From: Hydrogenophilales bacterium
GTDB lineage: Bacteria; Pseudomonadota; Gammaproteobacteria; Burkholderiales; Eutrophovitaceae
Assembly (NCBI GenBank): GCA_902627495.1
Contig: CACOJS010000007.1
Coordinates: 11,089-75,088 of the forward strand
DNA length: 64,000 bases
Direction of reading: 5' to 3'
Part shown: positions 11,377 through 24,054 of the stretch, piece after piece
How the letters are laid out: each line of letters starts with the position of its first letter
How positions within the stretch are numbered: position 1 is the first letter of the stretch
Translations under genes and position numbers: made by a program
The notes under the pieces: generated by a model
What the model saw: the letters and a program-made list of their open reading frames with translations, nothing else
Database searches by the model: none
Told to the model about the DNA's origin: nothing

Positions 11377-12240
11377 CTATACTGCAGCCGCGCCTCCGAC
11401 TATCTCAGATAATTCTTGTGTTATGGCCGCTTGCCTAGACTTATTGTAGACTAGAGTTAGTTCATCAATAAGGGAAGCTGCATTGTCAGAGGCCGACTTC
11501 ATTGCTACCATTCTTGCAGACTGCTCAGATGCCATGTTTTCCGCTACTGATTGAAAAATTAGAGTCTCTATATACCTCTTAAGTGCCATATTTAATATCG
11601 CTTCCGCATCAGGCTCATAAATGTAATCCCATGACCCCTCTGGGGCACCCAAATGATCACCGGATAAAGGTAATAGCTGTTCTTGAAGTGGCTCCTGCTT
11701 CATAGTATTCAAAAATCTCGTATAGAACAAATCAACCCTATCAAACTTGTCTTCGTTGTAACCATCCAACATTATTTTAACGGCCCCGATCAAGTCATCA
11801 AGTTTTGGTGAATCTCCCAGTGGAGTTACGTGGGAGACAACATTTGCTCCAAGCCTTTGCATAGCAGCTAGTCCCTTGCCACCGATGCAACAAACATCGA
11901 CCTCTTCACCATCATCTTTAAGTTTCTTAAAGTGTGCGAGTGCAGCTCTAAGTAGGTTTGAATTCATGGCCCCACAAAGGCCTTTGTCAGTTGTGACTAT
12001 AATCATTCCCGCTCTCTTAACGGTGTCGCGCTCCACTAGGAATGGATGCCTATACTCTGGATTTGCGTGAGATATATGGGCGGCTAATGTTCGCATTTTT
12101 TCCGCATAGGGTCTGGCAGCCCGCATCCTTTCCTGTGCTTTACGCATTTTGGAAGCCGCGACCATTTCCATAGCCTTAGTTATCTTCCGAGTGTTTTGCA
12201 CACTCTTTATCTTTGTTCTTATTTCCTTTGTACCCGCCAT
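11377..12240 (-). CDS. atpG: F1 ATP synthase gamma subunit
   Basis: [35 protein letters not shown]. Confidence 0.99.
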   Translation of the reverse strand: MAGTKEIRTKIKSVQNTRKITKAMEMVAASKMRKAQERMRAARPYAEKMRTLAAHISHANPEYRHPFLVERDTVKRAGMIIVTTDKGLCGAMNSNLLRAALAHFKKLKDDGEEVDVCCIGGKGLAAMQRLGANVVSHVTPLGDSPKLDDLIGAVKIMLDGYNEDKFDRVDLFYTRFLNTMKQEPLQEQLLPLSGDHLGAPEGSWDYIYEPDAEAILNMALKRYIETLIFQSVAENMASEQSARMVAMKSASDNAASLIDELTLVYNKSRQAAITQELSEIVGGAAAV

Positions 12241-12259
12241 ATTTTAAATACCCAGATAT

Positions 12260-13807
12260 TTAATAAGTACCGTTTTTCTTCCAATCTTGAATTGCCTTTG
12301 ACAACGTCTGTTCATCATCAGCTGATAAATTCTTCGACTTATCTAGACGCTGTATCAATTCTTGATGATGACTGCTGAGATAGTCTTTCATCGACTTTTC
12401 GGCCGGCAAAGCTTTTTCCACTTCAATATCGTCAAAAAAGTCATTATTAACAGCAAACAGAGTTAAAGCCATTTCCCAAACCTCCATTGGTGCATACTGC
12501 ACTTGCTTCATTAACTCGGTCACTAGTCGTCCCCTTTCTAATTGCTTTCTAGTAGCCTCATCAAGATCCGACGCAAATTGAGCAAATGCCGCCAACTCTC
12601 TGTATTGGGCTAATGCTAGACGAACTCCACCTCCAGTATCTTTTCTTTTCATAACCTTAGTTTGAGCAGCCCCACCAACTCTTGAAACCGAGACCCCAGC
12701 ATTAATAGCAGGTCGGATACCAGAATTGAAGAGGTCTGTTTCTAGAAAGATTTGTCCGTCTGTAATTGATATGACATTCGTAGGCACGAAAGCCGACACG
12801 TCACCAGCCTGGGTTTCAATTATCGGTAAAGCAGTCAAAGATCCTGTTTTTCCCTTAACTTTGCCATCGGTATGTTTTTCAACCCAAGCCTCAGACACTC
12901 TAGCCGCCCTCTCGAGCAACCTGGAGTGTAAGTAAAAAACATCGCCGGGATAAGCCTCTCTTCCTGGAGGGCGCCTAAGTAATAACGAAATTTGGCGATA
13001 AGCCCAGGCCTGCTTAGTTAAATCATCATAGATGATTAGAGCGTCTTGCCCGTTATCCCTAAAATACTCTCCCATAGTGCACCCAGAATATGCCGCTATA
13101 TACTGCATGGCTGCTGACTCAGACGCAGTAGCTGCAACTACTATGGTATACTCCATCGCCCCATGTTCCTCTAACTTCCGCACTACATTAGCAACCGTTG
13201 ATGCCTTTTGTCCTATCGCCACATAAACACAGAACAAATCTTTTCCCTTTTGATTTATGATAGTATCCACCGCAACCGCTGTTTTACCTGTCTGTCTATC
13301 ACCAATTATTAATTCTCTTTGTCCCCTCCCAATAGGAACCATCGAGTCAATAGCCTTAAGCCCCGTTTGAACAGGCTCAGATACTGATTTTCTCCATATC
13401 ACCCCTGGAGCAACTTTCTCAATCGGATCAGAAGTTAAACTCTCAACAGGCCCTTTACCATCAATAGGATTACCCAACGCATCAACCACTCGACCAACCA
13501 GGGCTGGGCCAGTCGGCACCTCTAAAATTCTACCTGTGCTTTTAACAACATCACCTTCAGTTACATGAACATAGTCTCCCAGAACAACCGCCCCTACTGA
13601 GTCCCTTTCTAAATTTAAAGCTAGCCCAATAGTGCCATTGGGGAACTCCAGCATCTCACCCTGCATCACATCCGATAACCCGTGAACACGACATATCCCA
13701 TCTGTTACAGAAACTACAGTCCCCTGGGTTTTCGCATCGGTATCTTCCGCAAAGTTTTCTATTTTTTTCTTAATAAGCTCACTAATTTCCGATGGATTCA
13801 ACTGCAT
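12260..13807 (-). CDS. atpA: F1 ATP synthase alpha subunit
   Basis: [31 protein letters not shown]. Confidence 0.99.
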   Translation of the reverse strand: MQLNPSEISELIKKKIENFAEDTDAKTQGTVVSVTDGICRVHGLSDVMQGEMLEFPNGTIGLALNLERDSVGAVVLGDYVHVTEGDVVKSTGRILEVPTGPALVGRVVDALGNPIDGKGPVESLTSDPIEKVAPGVIWRKSVSEPVQTGLKAIDSMVPIGRGQRELIIGDRQTGKTAVAVDTIINQKGKDLFCVYVAIGQKASTVANVVRKLEEHGAMEYTIVVAATASESAAMQYIAAYSGCTMGEYFRDNGQDALIIYDDLTKQAWAYRQISLLLRRPPGREAYPGDVFYLHSRLLERAARVSEAWVEKHTDGKVKGKTGSLTALPIIETQAGDVSAFVPTNVISITDGQIFLETDLFNSGIRPAINAGVSVSRVGGAAQTKVMKRKDTGGGVRLALAQYRELAAFAQFASDLDEATRKQLERGRLVTELMKQVQYAPMEVWEMALTLFAVNNDFFDDIEVEKALPAEKSMKDYLSSHHQELIQRLDKSKNLSADDEQTLSKAIQDWKKNGTY

Positions 13808-13820
13808 TCCTTATTTGCTC

Positions 13821-14357
13821 CTATTTTGAAAGACTAGAACTCATGTCTTTTAATTTTCCGCTAATTGACATATCCCAAACTTTGTCCCCAACTTCTACTT
13901 TAACCCCACCAATTAGCCCTTTATCTATTTCAACTAGTGGGGTTATTTTTTTATTGATACTTTTAGAAAATATACCCACTAATTTATCCAAATCGATTTT
14001 CTCTAATTGATAAGCAGATTTTATTTTCACATCAACAGAACCCTTTTCAGCTGCTTTAAGAGTCTCATAAAGCGTCCTTATTACTGGTAAAAGTGATAGT
14101 CGATTATTTTTGATCAATACACGCATAAAATTATGGGACCACTCACTTGTGATTCCGTCCATAACCTGTAGAAACGCTGACTCTATCTCTTGGTTAGTTG
14201 TTTGTGGTTGACCGATGAAATTTTTCATTTGACTATCTTCAAAAATACCAACCATAGTCATCAACTCTTCTGACATCTGATCAAATTTGTTTTTCGATTT
14301 AGCAAGCCCAAACATAGCCTCTGCATAAGGCCTCGCAATCGTCACCACTTCAGCCAC
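13821..14357 (-). CDS. atpH: F1 ATP synthase delta subunit
   Basis: TIARPYAEAMF and LIGGVKVEVGD; operon position. Confidence 0.95.
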   Translation of the reverse strand: MAEVVTIARPYAEAMFGLAKSKNKFDQMSEELMTMVGIFEDSQMKNFIGQPQTTNQEIESAFLQVMDGITSEWSHNFMRVLIKNNRLSLLPVIRTLYETLKAAEKGSVDVKIKSAYQLEKIDLDKLVGIFSKSINKKITPLVEIDKGLIGGVKVEVGDKVWDMSISGKLKDMSSSLSK

Positions 14358-14359
14358 AA

Positions 14360-14833
14360 TTAACCAAACTCCTTTTCCAAGTCCTGTAGTAACTTCTTAT
14401 GAACCGCGTGATCAACTTCTTTCCTCAATATTTTTTCCGCACCCGCAACCGCCAACATAGACAATTGAGACCGCAACTCCTCTTTAGCACGAGTGATTTC
14501 CTGCTCGATATCGCCTTTGGCCGCCTCAACAATTCTCTCAGCCTCCAGCTGGGCCTTTTCTTTAGCTTGCTCTAAAACTTCTACCCCTCTTTTTTCGGCT
14601 TGAACAACAATTTCGGCTGCATTTGATTTAGCGTCTGAAATTACAACCTCAGATTGTTTGGCGGCTTGTTCTAACTCTTTTCTTCCCTTCTCCGCTGCTG
14701 CCAATCCGTCAGCAATTTCCGCCTGACGATCTTGCATAGCTTTTTGGAGAGGTGGCCAAATATACTTCATGGTTATCCAAATAAAGAAAGCAAACCAAAT
14801 GACATGTCCCAAGAGTGTAGCGTTAATATCCAC
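14360..14833 (-). CDS. atpF: Fo ATP synthase subunit b
   Basis: INATLLG...MKYIWPPL N-terminal TM followed by coiled coil. Confidence 0.95.
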   Translation of the reverse strand: MDINATLLGHVIWFAFFIWITMKYIWPPLQKAMQDRQAEIADGLAAAEKGRKELEQAAKQSEVVISDAKSNAAEIVVQAEKRGVEVLEQAKEKAQLEAERIVEAAKGDIEQEITRAKEELRSQLSMLAVAGAEKILRKEVDHAVHKKLLQDLEKEFG

Positions 14834-14864
14834 TGTTAATTTCTCCCTAAAGAACTGACTTTAA

Positions 14865-15155
<291 letters not shown>

Positions 15156-15193
15156 TTAAAAATCATTATCAAACCAAATAAAGCTTTCTACAA

Positions 15194-16385
<1,192 letters not shown>

Positions 16386-16400
16386 AAAAACTCCTGAGGC

Positions 16401-16429
16401 ATTCTATTTATGTGACCCTTTGATGTCAA
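16401..16429 (-). promoter_or_regulatory. Sigma70 promoter of atp operon
   Basis: Minus strand reads TTGACA-17 bp-TAGAAT just upstream of the atpI SD. Confidence 0.75.
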
Positions 16430-16463
16430 CGCCTAGCAATTAAAAAGACTCTTAAAGCCAAAG

Positions 16464-17315
16464 TCATTGCTTTAACTTCGACAATAAATGATCCAATTGA
16501 TCAAGGTTACCATAATGAATGATTAATTTACCCACTCCACTCTTTTTGTGCTGTATCTCAACAGTAGCACCCAATACTGACCCAATTTCCTCCTCCAACC
16601 TTTTTATGTCTCTTGATTTAGTAACCGGCAATTTACCGGACTTAAGCTTTGTTTCAACTCCACTATTAACTAACTGTTCTGTCTCTCGAACCGATAACCT
16701 CAAGCTAACTACCCTCCTGGCAATTTCGAGCTGAGACGACTTCTCTAATGAGAGCAATGCCCTAGCATGCCCCATATCGATAGAACCATCCTTGAGTAAC
16801 TTTTGAACCTCCTTATCCAAGAGGAGTAACCTCAATAAATTGGAAATAGCACTTCGAGATTTGCCTAATGATTTAGCTATAAGCTCATGTGTCAACCCAA
16901 ACTCTTTTACTAAGCGATTAACCCCTGCGGCTTCCTCAAGAGGGTTCAGATCTTCCCGCTGGATATTCTCGATAAGAGCCATGGACATCGCCGATTGATC
17001 AGGTACATCCCGAACTATAACAGGTACGCTCTCCAGCCCCGCAATCTGAGCAGCTCGCCACCGCCGCTCCCCTGCTATTATTTCGTATTTTTTCGAACCG
17101 ACAGACCGAACCAAAATAGGCTGAATTAATCCTTGTGATTTGATTGAGCTCGCCAAAGACTTTATAGCTTCATCACTTATAAATGTTCTGGGCTGATAGC
17201 TGCCTGGCTTAATAGAAGTCACTGGCAACTCAAATGGCTTTTCCGTTTCAGTAGCTTTTTCCTCCTGGGCCAGCAGAGCATCTAGGCCTCGCCCCAATCC
17301 TTTTATTTTTGCCAT
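16464..17315 (-). CDS. parB: Chromosome partitioning protein ParB
   Basis: GLGRGLDALL, IIAGERRWRAA, ALIENIQREDLNPLEEA, HTH KSRSAISNLLRLL. Confidence 0.97.
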   Translation of the reverse strand: MAKIKGLGRGLDALLAQEEKATETEKPFELPVTSIKPGSYQPRTFISDEAIKSLASSIKSQGLIQPILVRSVGSKKYEIIAGERRWRAAQIAGLESVPVIVRDVPDQSAMSMALIENIQREDLNPLEEAAGVNRLVKEFGLTHELIAKSLGKSRSAISNLLRLLLLDKEVQKLLKDGSIDMGHARALLSLEKSSQLEIARRVVSLRLSVRETEQLVNSGVETKLKSGKLPVTKSRDIKRLEEEIGSVLGATVEIQHKKSGVGKLIIHYGNLDQLDHLLSKLKQ

Positions 17316-17327
17316 TAATTTTCCTGT

Positions 17328-18092
17328 CTAGCTGTTGTGACCCATAACCTCTCGTGCAAGATCTAAATATGCCAAAGCCCCCCTAGAAGTCGCATCAAAA
17401 TTCACAACTGGATGCCCGTGGCTTGGAGCCTCAGCAACCCTTACATTACGGGGTATAACTGTTCTATAGACTTTATCCCCAAAATGATCTTCAAGGTCAT
17501 CCGAAACTTGGCGCGTTAACGAGTTTCTGGGGTCATACATGGTTCGTAATAAACCCTCAATTTGAAGGGTTTCATTCAATTTAATTCTTATCCGCTTTAT
17601 AGTTTCCACAAGATCCCTTAATCCTTCTAAAGCATAGTATTCACATTGCATCGGTATCATTACCGCACTAGCCGCTGTGAACGCATTAACCGTCAACAAA
17701 CTCAGTGCAGGAGGACAATCTATTAACACATAGTCATATTGATCCTGAACTTGTGATAATGCCTTTTTTAATCTTGTTTCTCTGCCTTTAATATCCACCA
17801 ACTCTACCTCACCACCAGCCAAGTGACGATTAGCTGGAAGCACATCATAACCTCCTTCACTGCTTTTTTTTAAAGCCGACCTTATACTACTTTGTCCCAA
17901 CAAAACTTGATAGATCGTTGGGGTAACATTGTGTTTATCGAGACCACTTCCGGTAGTTGCATTTCCTTGTGGGTCTAGATCTATAAGTAAAACTCGCCTT
18001 CCAGCTAAACTTAAACTTGCCGCCAAGTTAATCGCTGTGGTAGTTTTCCCAACACCACCTTTCTGATTTGCAATTGCCAAAATTTTCGACAC
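17328..18092 (-). CDS. parA: Chromosome partitioning ATPase ParA
   Basis: Deviant Walker A NQKGGVGKTT, DLDPQGNAT, AEAPSHG. Confidence 0.97.
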   Translation of the reverse strand: MSKILAIANQKGGVGKTTTAINLAASLSLAGRRVLLIDLDPQGNATTGSGLDKHNVTPTIYQVLLGQSSIRSALKKSSEGGYDVLPANRHLAGGEVELVDIKGRETRLKKALSQVQDQYDYVLIDCPPALSLLTVNAFTAASAVMIPMQCEYYALEGLRDLVETIKRIRIKLNETLQIEGLLRTMYDPRNSLTRQVSDDLEDHFGDKVYRTVIPRNVRVAEAPSHGHPVVNFDATSRGALAYLDLAREVMGHNS

Positions 18093-18094
18093 TT

Positions 18095-18739
18095 TTACAA
18101 CTCCTCCTTCTCGAGAATTGGTGCCATAAATACAACATTTCTCTTTTGTAGAACGAATGGTATGCCAAGAGGAATAATTTCCTTAACAGAGTTAGCTGGT
18201 AGAGAATCCATTTCTATTTTATTTAACTGACCCTTCATCGCCACTAAGAAACCTTCTTCTTTGCATAGATGGCTTGTCTTTTTTAAAAAAATATCAAGAC
18301 TCGAAAATGCTCGCGATACCACACAGGAAAACCGAGTGGTTGGGTAGAAATCTTCTACCCTACTTAAAACAACTTCTAAATTCGACAAACCCAGATTCGT
18401 CGATACTTCCTGCAAAAATGCGTACTTTTTTTGATTACTATCTAAAAGTGTGATTTTCTTCTGGGGATTTGTAATTGCCAACACTATGCCTGGGAACCCT
18501 GCCCCTGACCCGACATCAACCAGCGAGGATCCTGATATGTATTTCTGAAGAGCCAAACAATCAAGAAAATGGTGAGTCCACCAGCGAGCAGTATTTTTTA
18601 TTCCCGTTAAATTATAAATTTTATTCCACTTGTCCAAAAGATGAAAATAACGTCTAAATAAAATTAACTTCCTTCTCTCAATGGGCAAATCGAGGGTTTC
18701 TGCTCCTTTTAAAAACTCTTGTTCCCCTAGTGAGGCCAA
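18095..18739 (-). CDS. rsmG: 16S rRNA m7G527 methyltransferase
   Basis: KWNKIYNLTG, DVGSGAGFPG, SRAF; lies between mnmG and parA. Confidence 0.95.
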   Translation of the reverse strand: MASLGEQEFLKGAETLDLPIERRKLILFRRYFHLLDKWNKIYNLTGIKNTARWWTHHFLDCLALQKYISGSSLVDVGSGAGFPGIVLAITNPQKKITLLDSNQKKYAFLQEVSTNLGLSNLEVVLSRVEDFYPTTRFSCVVSRAFSSLDIFLKKTSHLCKEEGFLVAMKGQLNKIEMDSLPANSVKEIIPLGIPFVLQKRNVVFMAPILEKEEL

Positions 18740-18748
18740 TTGGTATCC

Positions 18749-20638
18749 TTAAGGTGTTTTATGAAAAGTGTGCATTCTTATGCGCTTCATGTGAACAGAA
18801 AGCAAAGCTACAGCTGCTGGCGTTATTCCCGGTATTCTTGAAGCTTGACCCATCGTAGTAGGCTTTCGTTTGGTCAAGATCTGCCTAGCCTCGGTGGACA
18901 ATCCGCTAACCTGTCCATAATCTAGGTTTTTGGGAAGCTTCAAGGTGTCAAAACCCATCTGCCGACTTACTTCTTTTTGTTGGCGATTGATATAGCCTTC
19001 GTACTTTATCTGGACCTCTATCTGAAACTTTACCGACTCCTCAAGATTATCGTTTTGGAAGTTAGTTGATTCTAACAAATCATCAAATTTAAAGCCCGGG
19101 CGTTTCAACAAGTCTGAAGCTTTGAATTTGGTTTGTTTTTTTGTGCTAAATATCTGTTTTATATGATTTTTATTTGGCTCAACGGCATTTGAAGATCTGA
19201 CTAATTTAAGTCCTCTATCTATAGCCTCTCTCTTTTCGCAAAACTTAACCCATCGTGCATCTGCAATCAACCCTAACTCACGACCAACCGGAGTCATCCT
19301 TAGATCGGCGTTATCTTCTCTCAAACTAAGCCTATACTCTGCCCGACTGGTAAACATTCGATAAGGCTCTAACACCCCTTTTGTAACAAGGTCATCTATC
19401 ATTACCCCAATATATGAAGAACTACGATGTGGAACCCATGGCTCCAGACACCTAGTTTGGCGGGATGCATTAATGCCTGCAATTAGCCCTTGTGCAGCTG
19501 CTTCTTCGTAGCCGGTTGTCCCATTAATCTGGCCAGCTAAAAAAAGTCCTCCTAATAATTTTGTCTCTAATGATAGCTTGAGGGACCTAGGATCAAAATA
19601 ATCATATTCTATGGCATAACCAGGCCTTAAGACCGAGCATTTTTCTAGACCTTTTATAGATTTAATAAATTCCAACTGCACCTCGAACGGCAGGCTCGTC
19701 GAAATGCCATTGGGATAAATCTCGTTTGTGGTTAGGCCCTCTGGTTCCAAAAACACCTGATGACTCTGCTTATCCGAAAAACGAGTGACCTTATCCTCTA
19801 TCGATGGACAATACCTGGGTCCTTTACCTTCGATAGCCCCTGAGAACATTGGAGATTGATGAAGATTGTCTTTAATTAACTGATGAGTCTGTAGATTGGT
19901 ATGGGTAATCCAACAACATTTTTGCGAAGGATGGCTGGATCTACTCCCTATGAATGAGAATACCGGCCTTGGATCGTCACCTGGTTGAGTTTCAAGTCGC
20001 CCGAAATCAATGGTGTTTCCGTCCAATCTTGGTGGCGTGCCAGTTTTTAGACGTCCCACTGGAAGAGACAAATCTCTTAAATTGTCGGATAGGAAAGTTG
20101 ATGCTGGGTCGCCAGCACGGCCTGCACTATAAGAACGGTCACCAATATGAATCTGTCCCGCCAGAAAGGTTCCAGCTGTTAAAACAACAGATCTGCTCCC
20201 AACAAAAATTCCGGTTTCAGTAACTATTCCTACGACCTGGTTATTTTGAGTTTTTATCTCCTTAACTCCTTGCTGCAGGAGTGACAAGTTCTTTTGTGCT
20301 TCGAGAACTGACCGAATTGCTTGCTTATAAAGCAGTCGGTCTGCTTGAACCCTGGTGGCTCGAACAGCAGGCCCTTTACTGCGATTTAAAACGCGAAACT
20401 GAATTCCTGATAAATCTGCCGCATGAGCCATCACGCCCCCTAATGCATCTATTTCCTTTACGAGGTGACTTTTTCCTAAACCTCCGATAGAAGGGTTGCA
20501 TGACATTTGACCAAGGGTATCAAGGTTGTGAGTGATTAGCATAGTGCTACTTCCGGACCGAGCAGAAGCCAACGCTGCCTCGGTTCCAGCATGACCACCA
20601 CCCACAACTATTACATCAAAACTATTAGGGTATTTCAT
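18749..20638 (-). CDS. mnmG: tRNA uridine-5-carboxymethylaminomethyl modification enzyme MnmG/GidA
   Basis: [48 protein letters not shown]. Likely ATG at 20638; the ORF track starts at 20668. Confidence 0.98.
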   Translation of the reverse strand: MKYPNSFDVIVVGGGHAGTEAALASARSGSSTMLITHNLDTLGQMSCNPSIGGLGKSHLVKEIDALGGVMAHAADLSGIQFRVLNRSKGPAVRATRVQADRLLYKQAIRSVLEAQKNLSLLQQGVKEIKTQNNQVVGIVTETGIFVGSRSVVLTAGTFLAGQIHIGDRSYSAGRAGDPASTFLSDNLRDLSLPVGRLKTGTPPRLDGNTIDFGRLETQPGDDPRPVFSFIGSRSSHPSQKCCWITHTNLQTHQLIKDNLHQSPMFSGAIEGKGPRYCPSIEDKVTRFSDKQSHQVFLEPEGLTTNEIYPNGISTSLPFEVQLEFIKSIKGLEKCSVLRPGYAIEYDYFDPRSLKLSLETKLLGGLFLAGQINGTTGYEEAAAQGLIAGINASRQTRCLEPWVPHRSSSYIGVMIDDLVTKGVLEPYRMFTSRAEYRLSLREDNADLRMTPVGRELGLIADARWVKFCEKREAIDRGLKLVRSSNAVEPNKNHIKQIFSTKKQTKFKASDLLKRPGFKFDDLLESTNFQNDNLEESVKFQIEVQIKYEGYINRQQKEVSRQMGFDTLKLPKNLDYGQVSGLSTEARQILTKRKPTTMGQASRIPGITPAAVALLSVHMKRIRMHTFHKTP

Positions 20639-20676
20639 ATTAATAACTTTAAACTTTACAAACACCAAGGTTTGTG

Positions 20677-20692
20677 TGTTTCACGTGAAACA
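20677..20692. promoter_or_regulatory. parS: parS centromere site
   Basis: Perfect 16-bp palindrome TGTTTCACGTGAAACA matching the widespread parS consensus, upstream of mnmG-rsmG-parAB. Confidence 0.92.
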
Positions 20693-20708
20693 TCGCGTTA
20701 TAACCATT

Positions 20709-22046
20709 TTACTTACCAACACAAAATTTAGCGAATATTTCTCCTAAAATATCGTCTGGACAGACCTCTCCTGTTACCAGACCCAGGCTGCTGTTCGCTA
20801 ACCTGAGCTCTTCAGCTAAAAGCTCCATATGGTCTACAACACTGAGGCTTTGCTTAGTATGTTTCAAGCATTGCTTAATAGCCGAAATCTGTCGACCGCT
20901 TGCCATAAAAGTAGTGTCTTCAATTTCCCCGCTCCCAATGGATTCAAAGATAGCCCGTTTTAGCAAGTCTATATCTTTATCATCCCTAGCTGACATTGAT
21001 ACGAACAACCCATCACCTTCCTCCCAAGTTCTTGGTTTTTCGCTTCTAAGATCTGATTTATTAATTATTTCTATGAGCTTTACCTCTGAACCAAGCTGCT
21101 CATGGAGCTCCTCACTGACTCTGTTAGGTTTTGGGTGCTCTTTGACATGCAAAACAACATTTGCTGTCTTCAGCTCTTTTTTTGTTCTCTCAATGCCCAG
21201 GTGTTCGATAGGGTCTTTACTATTTCTAATCCCAGCTGTATCTATGAGCTGTACTGGAAGGCCTTCTATTTCCAACTGTCCCACCAAGTAGTCTCTTGTG
21301 GTCCCTGGTATATCGGTTACCAGTGCCCTTTCATTCTTCAGAAGTCTGTTAAAAATAGTAGACTTTCCTACATTCGGTTCCCCAAAAATTACCACTTTTA
21401 TTCCTTGTTGCAAGAGTAATCCGTTTTCAACATTTGTAACCAAGTTGTCTAATAGAAGGTTAATTTCTCTCAGTTTCTGCAGGAAATAAATACTTGGAAG
21501 GTCAGAAATTTCCTCGTCGGAAAAATCAATTTGTGCTTCAACCTGTGCTCTAAGATCAATCAGATGATTTGCTATCTGACTAACTTGTTTTGACGACTCA
21601 CCTTGCATTGACCGATTAGCACTCCGAACAGCCTTGGCAGTGGTGGCGTTAATTAACTGGGCGACATTTTCCGCCTGAATTAAATCCATTTTCCCATTTA
21701 AAAAGGCTCTCTTGGTAAATTCACCAGCCTCAGCGGGCCGGGCTCCCAATTCAACACATCTGTCAAACAAAAGTCTTTGGACAACTAAACCACCGTGTCC
21801 TTGAAGTTCCAAAACATCCTCCCCAGTGTATGAATTGGGCTTGGTAAAAAGAATTGAAACCCCCGAATCAATCACCTGGTTGGTAGCATCATAAAACTTT
21901 GAAACAGTAGCTTGGCGTGGACTAAGGAGCCTCTGGCAAATTGTGGTACTGATCTCTTTGGCTGATGGACCAGACACCCTTAATACCCCTATTCCAGCTT
22001 TTCCTATAGCCGTTGCTGAGGCTACAATAGTATCATTTGGATACAT
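20709..22046 (-). CDS. mnmE: tRNA modification GTPase MnmE/TrmE
   Basis: DTIVASAT, SYTGEDVLELQGHGG, GEPNVGKS, DTAGIR and C-terminal FCVGK. Confidence 0.98.
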   Translation of the reverse strand: MYPNDTIVASATAIGKAGIGVLRVSGPSAKEISTTICQRLLSPRQATVSKFYDATNQVIDSGVSILFTKPNSYTGEDVLELQGHGGLVVQRLLFDRCVELGARPAEAGEFTKRAFLNGKMDLIQAENVAQLINATTAKAVRSANRSMQGESSKQVSQIANHLIDLRAQVEAQIDFSDEEISDLPSIYFLQKLREINLLLDNLVTNVENGLLLQQGIKVVIFGEPNVGKSTIFNRLLKNERALVTDIPGTTRDYLVGQLEIEGLPVQLIDTAGIRNSKDPIEHLGIERTKKELKTANVVLHVKEHPKPNRVSEELHEQLGSEVKLIEIINKSDLRSEKPRTWEEGDGLFVSMSARDDKDIDLLKRAIFESIGSGEIEDTTFMASGRQISAIKQCLKHTKQSLSVVDHMELLAEELRLANSSLGLVTGEVCPDDILGEIFAKFCVGK

Positions 22047-23703
22047 TTAGGTTTGTCTTACCCTCTATCACGCTTGTTATCCTCCATTGCTGTGCTATAG
22101 ATAAAATATTATTCGCAAGCCAGTAAAGCACCAACCCTGATGGAAAGAAGAAGAAGAAAACACTAAAAATTATCGGCATTATTTTCATGATTTTTGCTTG
22201 CACGGGATCCGGAGGAGTTGGGTTTAACCGTGTTTGTATTATCATGCTTAAGCCCATCAATAACGGTAGTACATAAAAGGGATCTTTAGCTGATAAATCA
22301 TCTATCCAAAGCATAAAAGGAGCATATCTCAGCTCCACACTTGCCAGCAATACCCAATATAGTGAAATAAAAACAGGTATTTGAACCAATATTGGGAGAC
22401 AGCCTCCCAAAGGGTTTATCTGCTCTGTTTTATACAAAGACATCATTTCTTGTTGCATTCGTTGTTTATCGTCCCCATAAAGTTCTTTCAATTTTTGTAG
22501 CTTTGGGGCAACTACCCTCATCCTAGCCATCGATCTGTAGCTGGCTGCAGACAATGGATAAAATAGCAATTTGATCAAAATAGTTAAAACAACTATGGAC
22601 CAACCCCAATTTCCAACGTAAGAATTAATCCATTTTAGCAATTTAAACAAGGGAGCAGCTATTATGTGGAGCCAACCATAATCCACAGTCAGGTTGAGCC
22701 CATTTGAAAGTTTCGATAAGTTGTCTTGATCTTGAGGCCCTACGTATAATCGATTGTTTACCTTGGCTTGAGATAACACCTCAACAACGGGAACAGGGAG
22801 TATTACCCCAACCGAAAACAAGCCTGATTTTGACATTTTGGTAAAGTACTCCCTAGAATCCCCATTGGTGGGTAACCAAGCCCCTAAGAAATAATGTTGA
22901 ATTATTGCTATCCACCCATCCTTTGCTTTCTGAGGATATTTTATTGATCCTTTTTCAATATCAGAGAAATCTACCTTCCTATACTTTGATTCTTCTGTGA
23001 ACACCGCGGCCCCCGTGTAGGTCGGCAACATTTTTGAGGTTCCAGTTGGATTACTATCATCTCTCACTAATTGATAATAAGCATGTGCTTGCAAAGCTTC
23101 TGATCGCCTATTTATAATTTCCGTTGTAATATCAATTACATAGGAATTTCTTTGGAATCTATAAACATGGAAAACTGTCACCCCATCCTTCTCATCCTTG
23201 AACCTAACTTGTATCTCATCTTCGCCGTCAACCAGCAAATATTCCGAGTGTTCCGTACTAAAACTATTTTTATGGTTGGGCAAGTCCTTACCAATTAATC
23301 CTATCTGAGCTGTGTAGAAACGATTGGCAGTTTTCTCAAAAATCACAAAGTTTTCATTTTTTTTCTGTTTCGATGGATGGTCTAAAAGCTCAACTCGCTC
23401 AATTTCCGGCCCAATCGTATTGAAAGTAACCAATAAAACATCCGTTTTCACTGTTATTTTTTTTCCTTTGTCCTGAGAATTTACCGACAATTGAGGTAGA
23501 ACAGACTCTTCCTCAAGAGCCTCAGGTTCCAAAGGTACAGTTACCTTAGGTATATCATCTTCCTCTGTCTGGTCCGTAATAGTGGCTAACCCCTGATTGG
23601 TTACCTCTGGCCTGTCGTTACCATGCTCACTCATCCAAGCTTCAACCAATAAAAACGAGGAAACTGCCAAGATTAAGGCGGCAAACACTCTCATACTATC
23701 CAT
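22033..23703 (-). CDS. yidC: Membrane protein insertase YidC
   Basis: VDYGWL, GNWGWSIVVLT, NPLGGCLPILVQIP, GLVLYW. Confidence 0.97.
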   Translation of the reverse strand: MDSMRVFAALILAVSSFLLVEAWMSEHGNDRPEVTNQGLATITDQTEEDDIPKVTVPLEPEALEEESVLPQLSVNSQDKGKKITVKTDVLLVTFNTIGPEIERVELLDHPSKQKKNENFVIFEKTANRFYTAQIGLIGKDLPNHKNSFSTEHSEYLLVDGEDEIQVRFKDEKDGVTVFHVYRFQRNSYVIDITTEIINRRSEALQAHAYYQLVRDDSNPTGTSKMLPTYTGAAVFTEESKYRKVDFSDIEKGSIKYPQKAKDGWIAIIQHYFLGAWLPTNGDSREYFTKMSKSGLFSVGVILPVPVVEVLSQAKVNNRLYVGPQDQDNLSKLSNGLNLTVDYGWLHIIAAPLFKLLKWINSYVGNWGWSIVVLTILIKLLFYPLSAASYRSMARMRVVAPKLQKLKELYGDDKQRMQQEMMSLYKTEQINPLGGCLPILVQIPVFISLYWVLLASVELRYAPFMLWIDDLSAKDPFYVLPLLMGLSMIIQTRLNPTPPDPVQAKIMKIMPIIFSVFFFFFPSGLVLYWLANNILSIAQQWRITSVIEGKTNLNVSK

Positions 23704-23835
23704 AATAAATATATCCTTGTATCATTTCCCCTTATGCGAGACCCTTCCATTACTACCCACCAAAAAAAGATGGGTGGTTTTTTTTAATGCTTTAAATCAA
23801 CATTATAGAGCCTCTTTATTTCCTTGTTATGCCGC

Positions 23836-24054
23836 CTAGTCTCGGGGCATATCAATACCCCCTTGATGCCACGGATGGCATTTAACCAACCGTTTAAAAC
23901 CTAGGGACACCCCGGTAACAACTCCCTTACTTTTTACACTATCCAACATATATTGCGAGCAGGTTGGATAAAATCGACAACGCCTTCCCATCAACGGTGA
24001 AATTGCCAATTGGTAAAACCTCAAGAAAATGATTATAAGACTCTTCAAACTCAA
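23836..24054 (-). CDS. yidD: Membrane protein insertion efficiency factor YidD
   Basis: YQLAISP, CRFYPTCSQY, KCHPWHQGG. Confidence 0.95.
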   Translation of the reverse strand: MSLKSLIIIFLRFYQLAISPLMGRRCRFYPTCSQYMLDSVKSKGVVTGVSLGFKRLVKCHPWHQGGIDMPRD

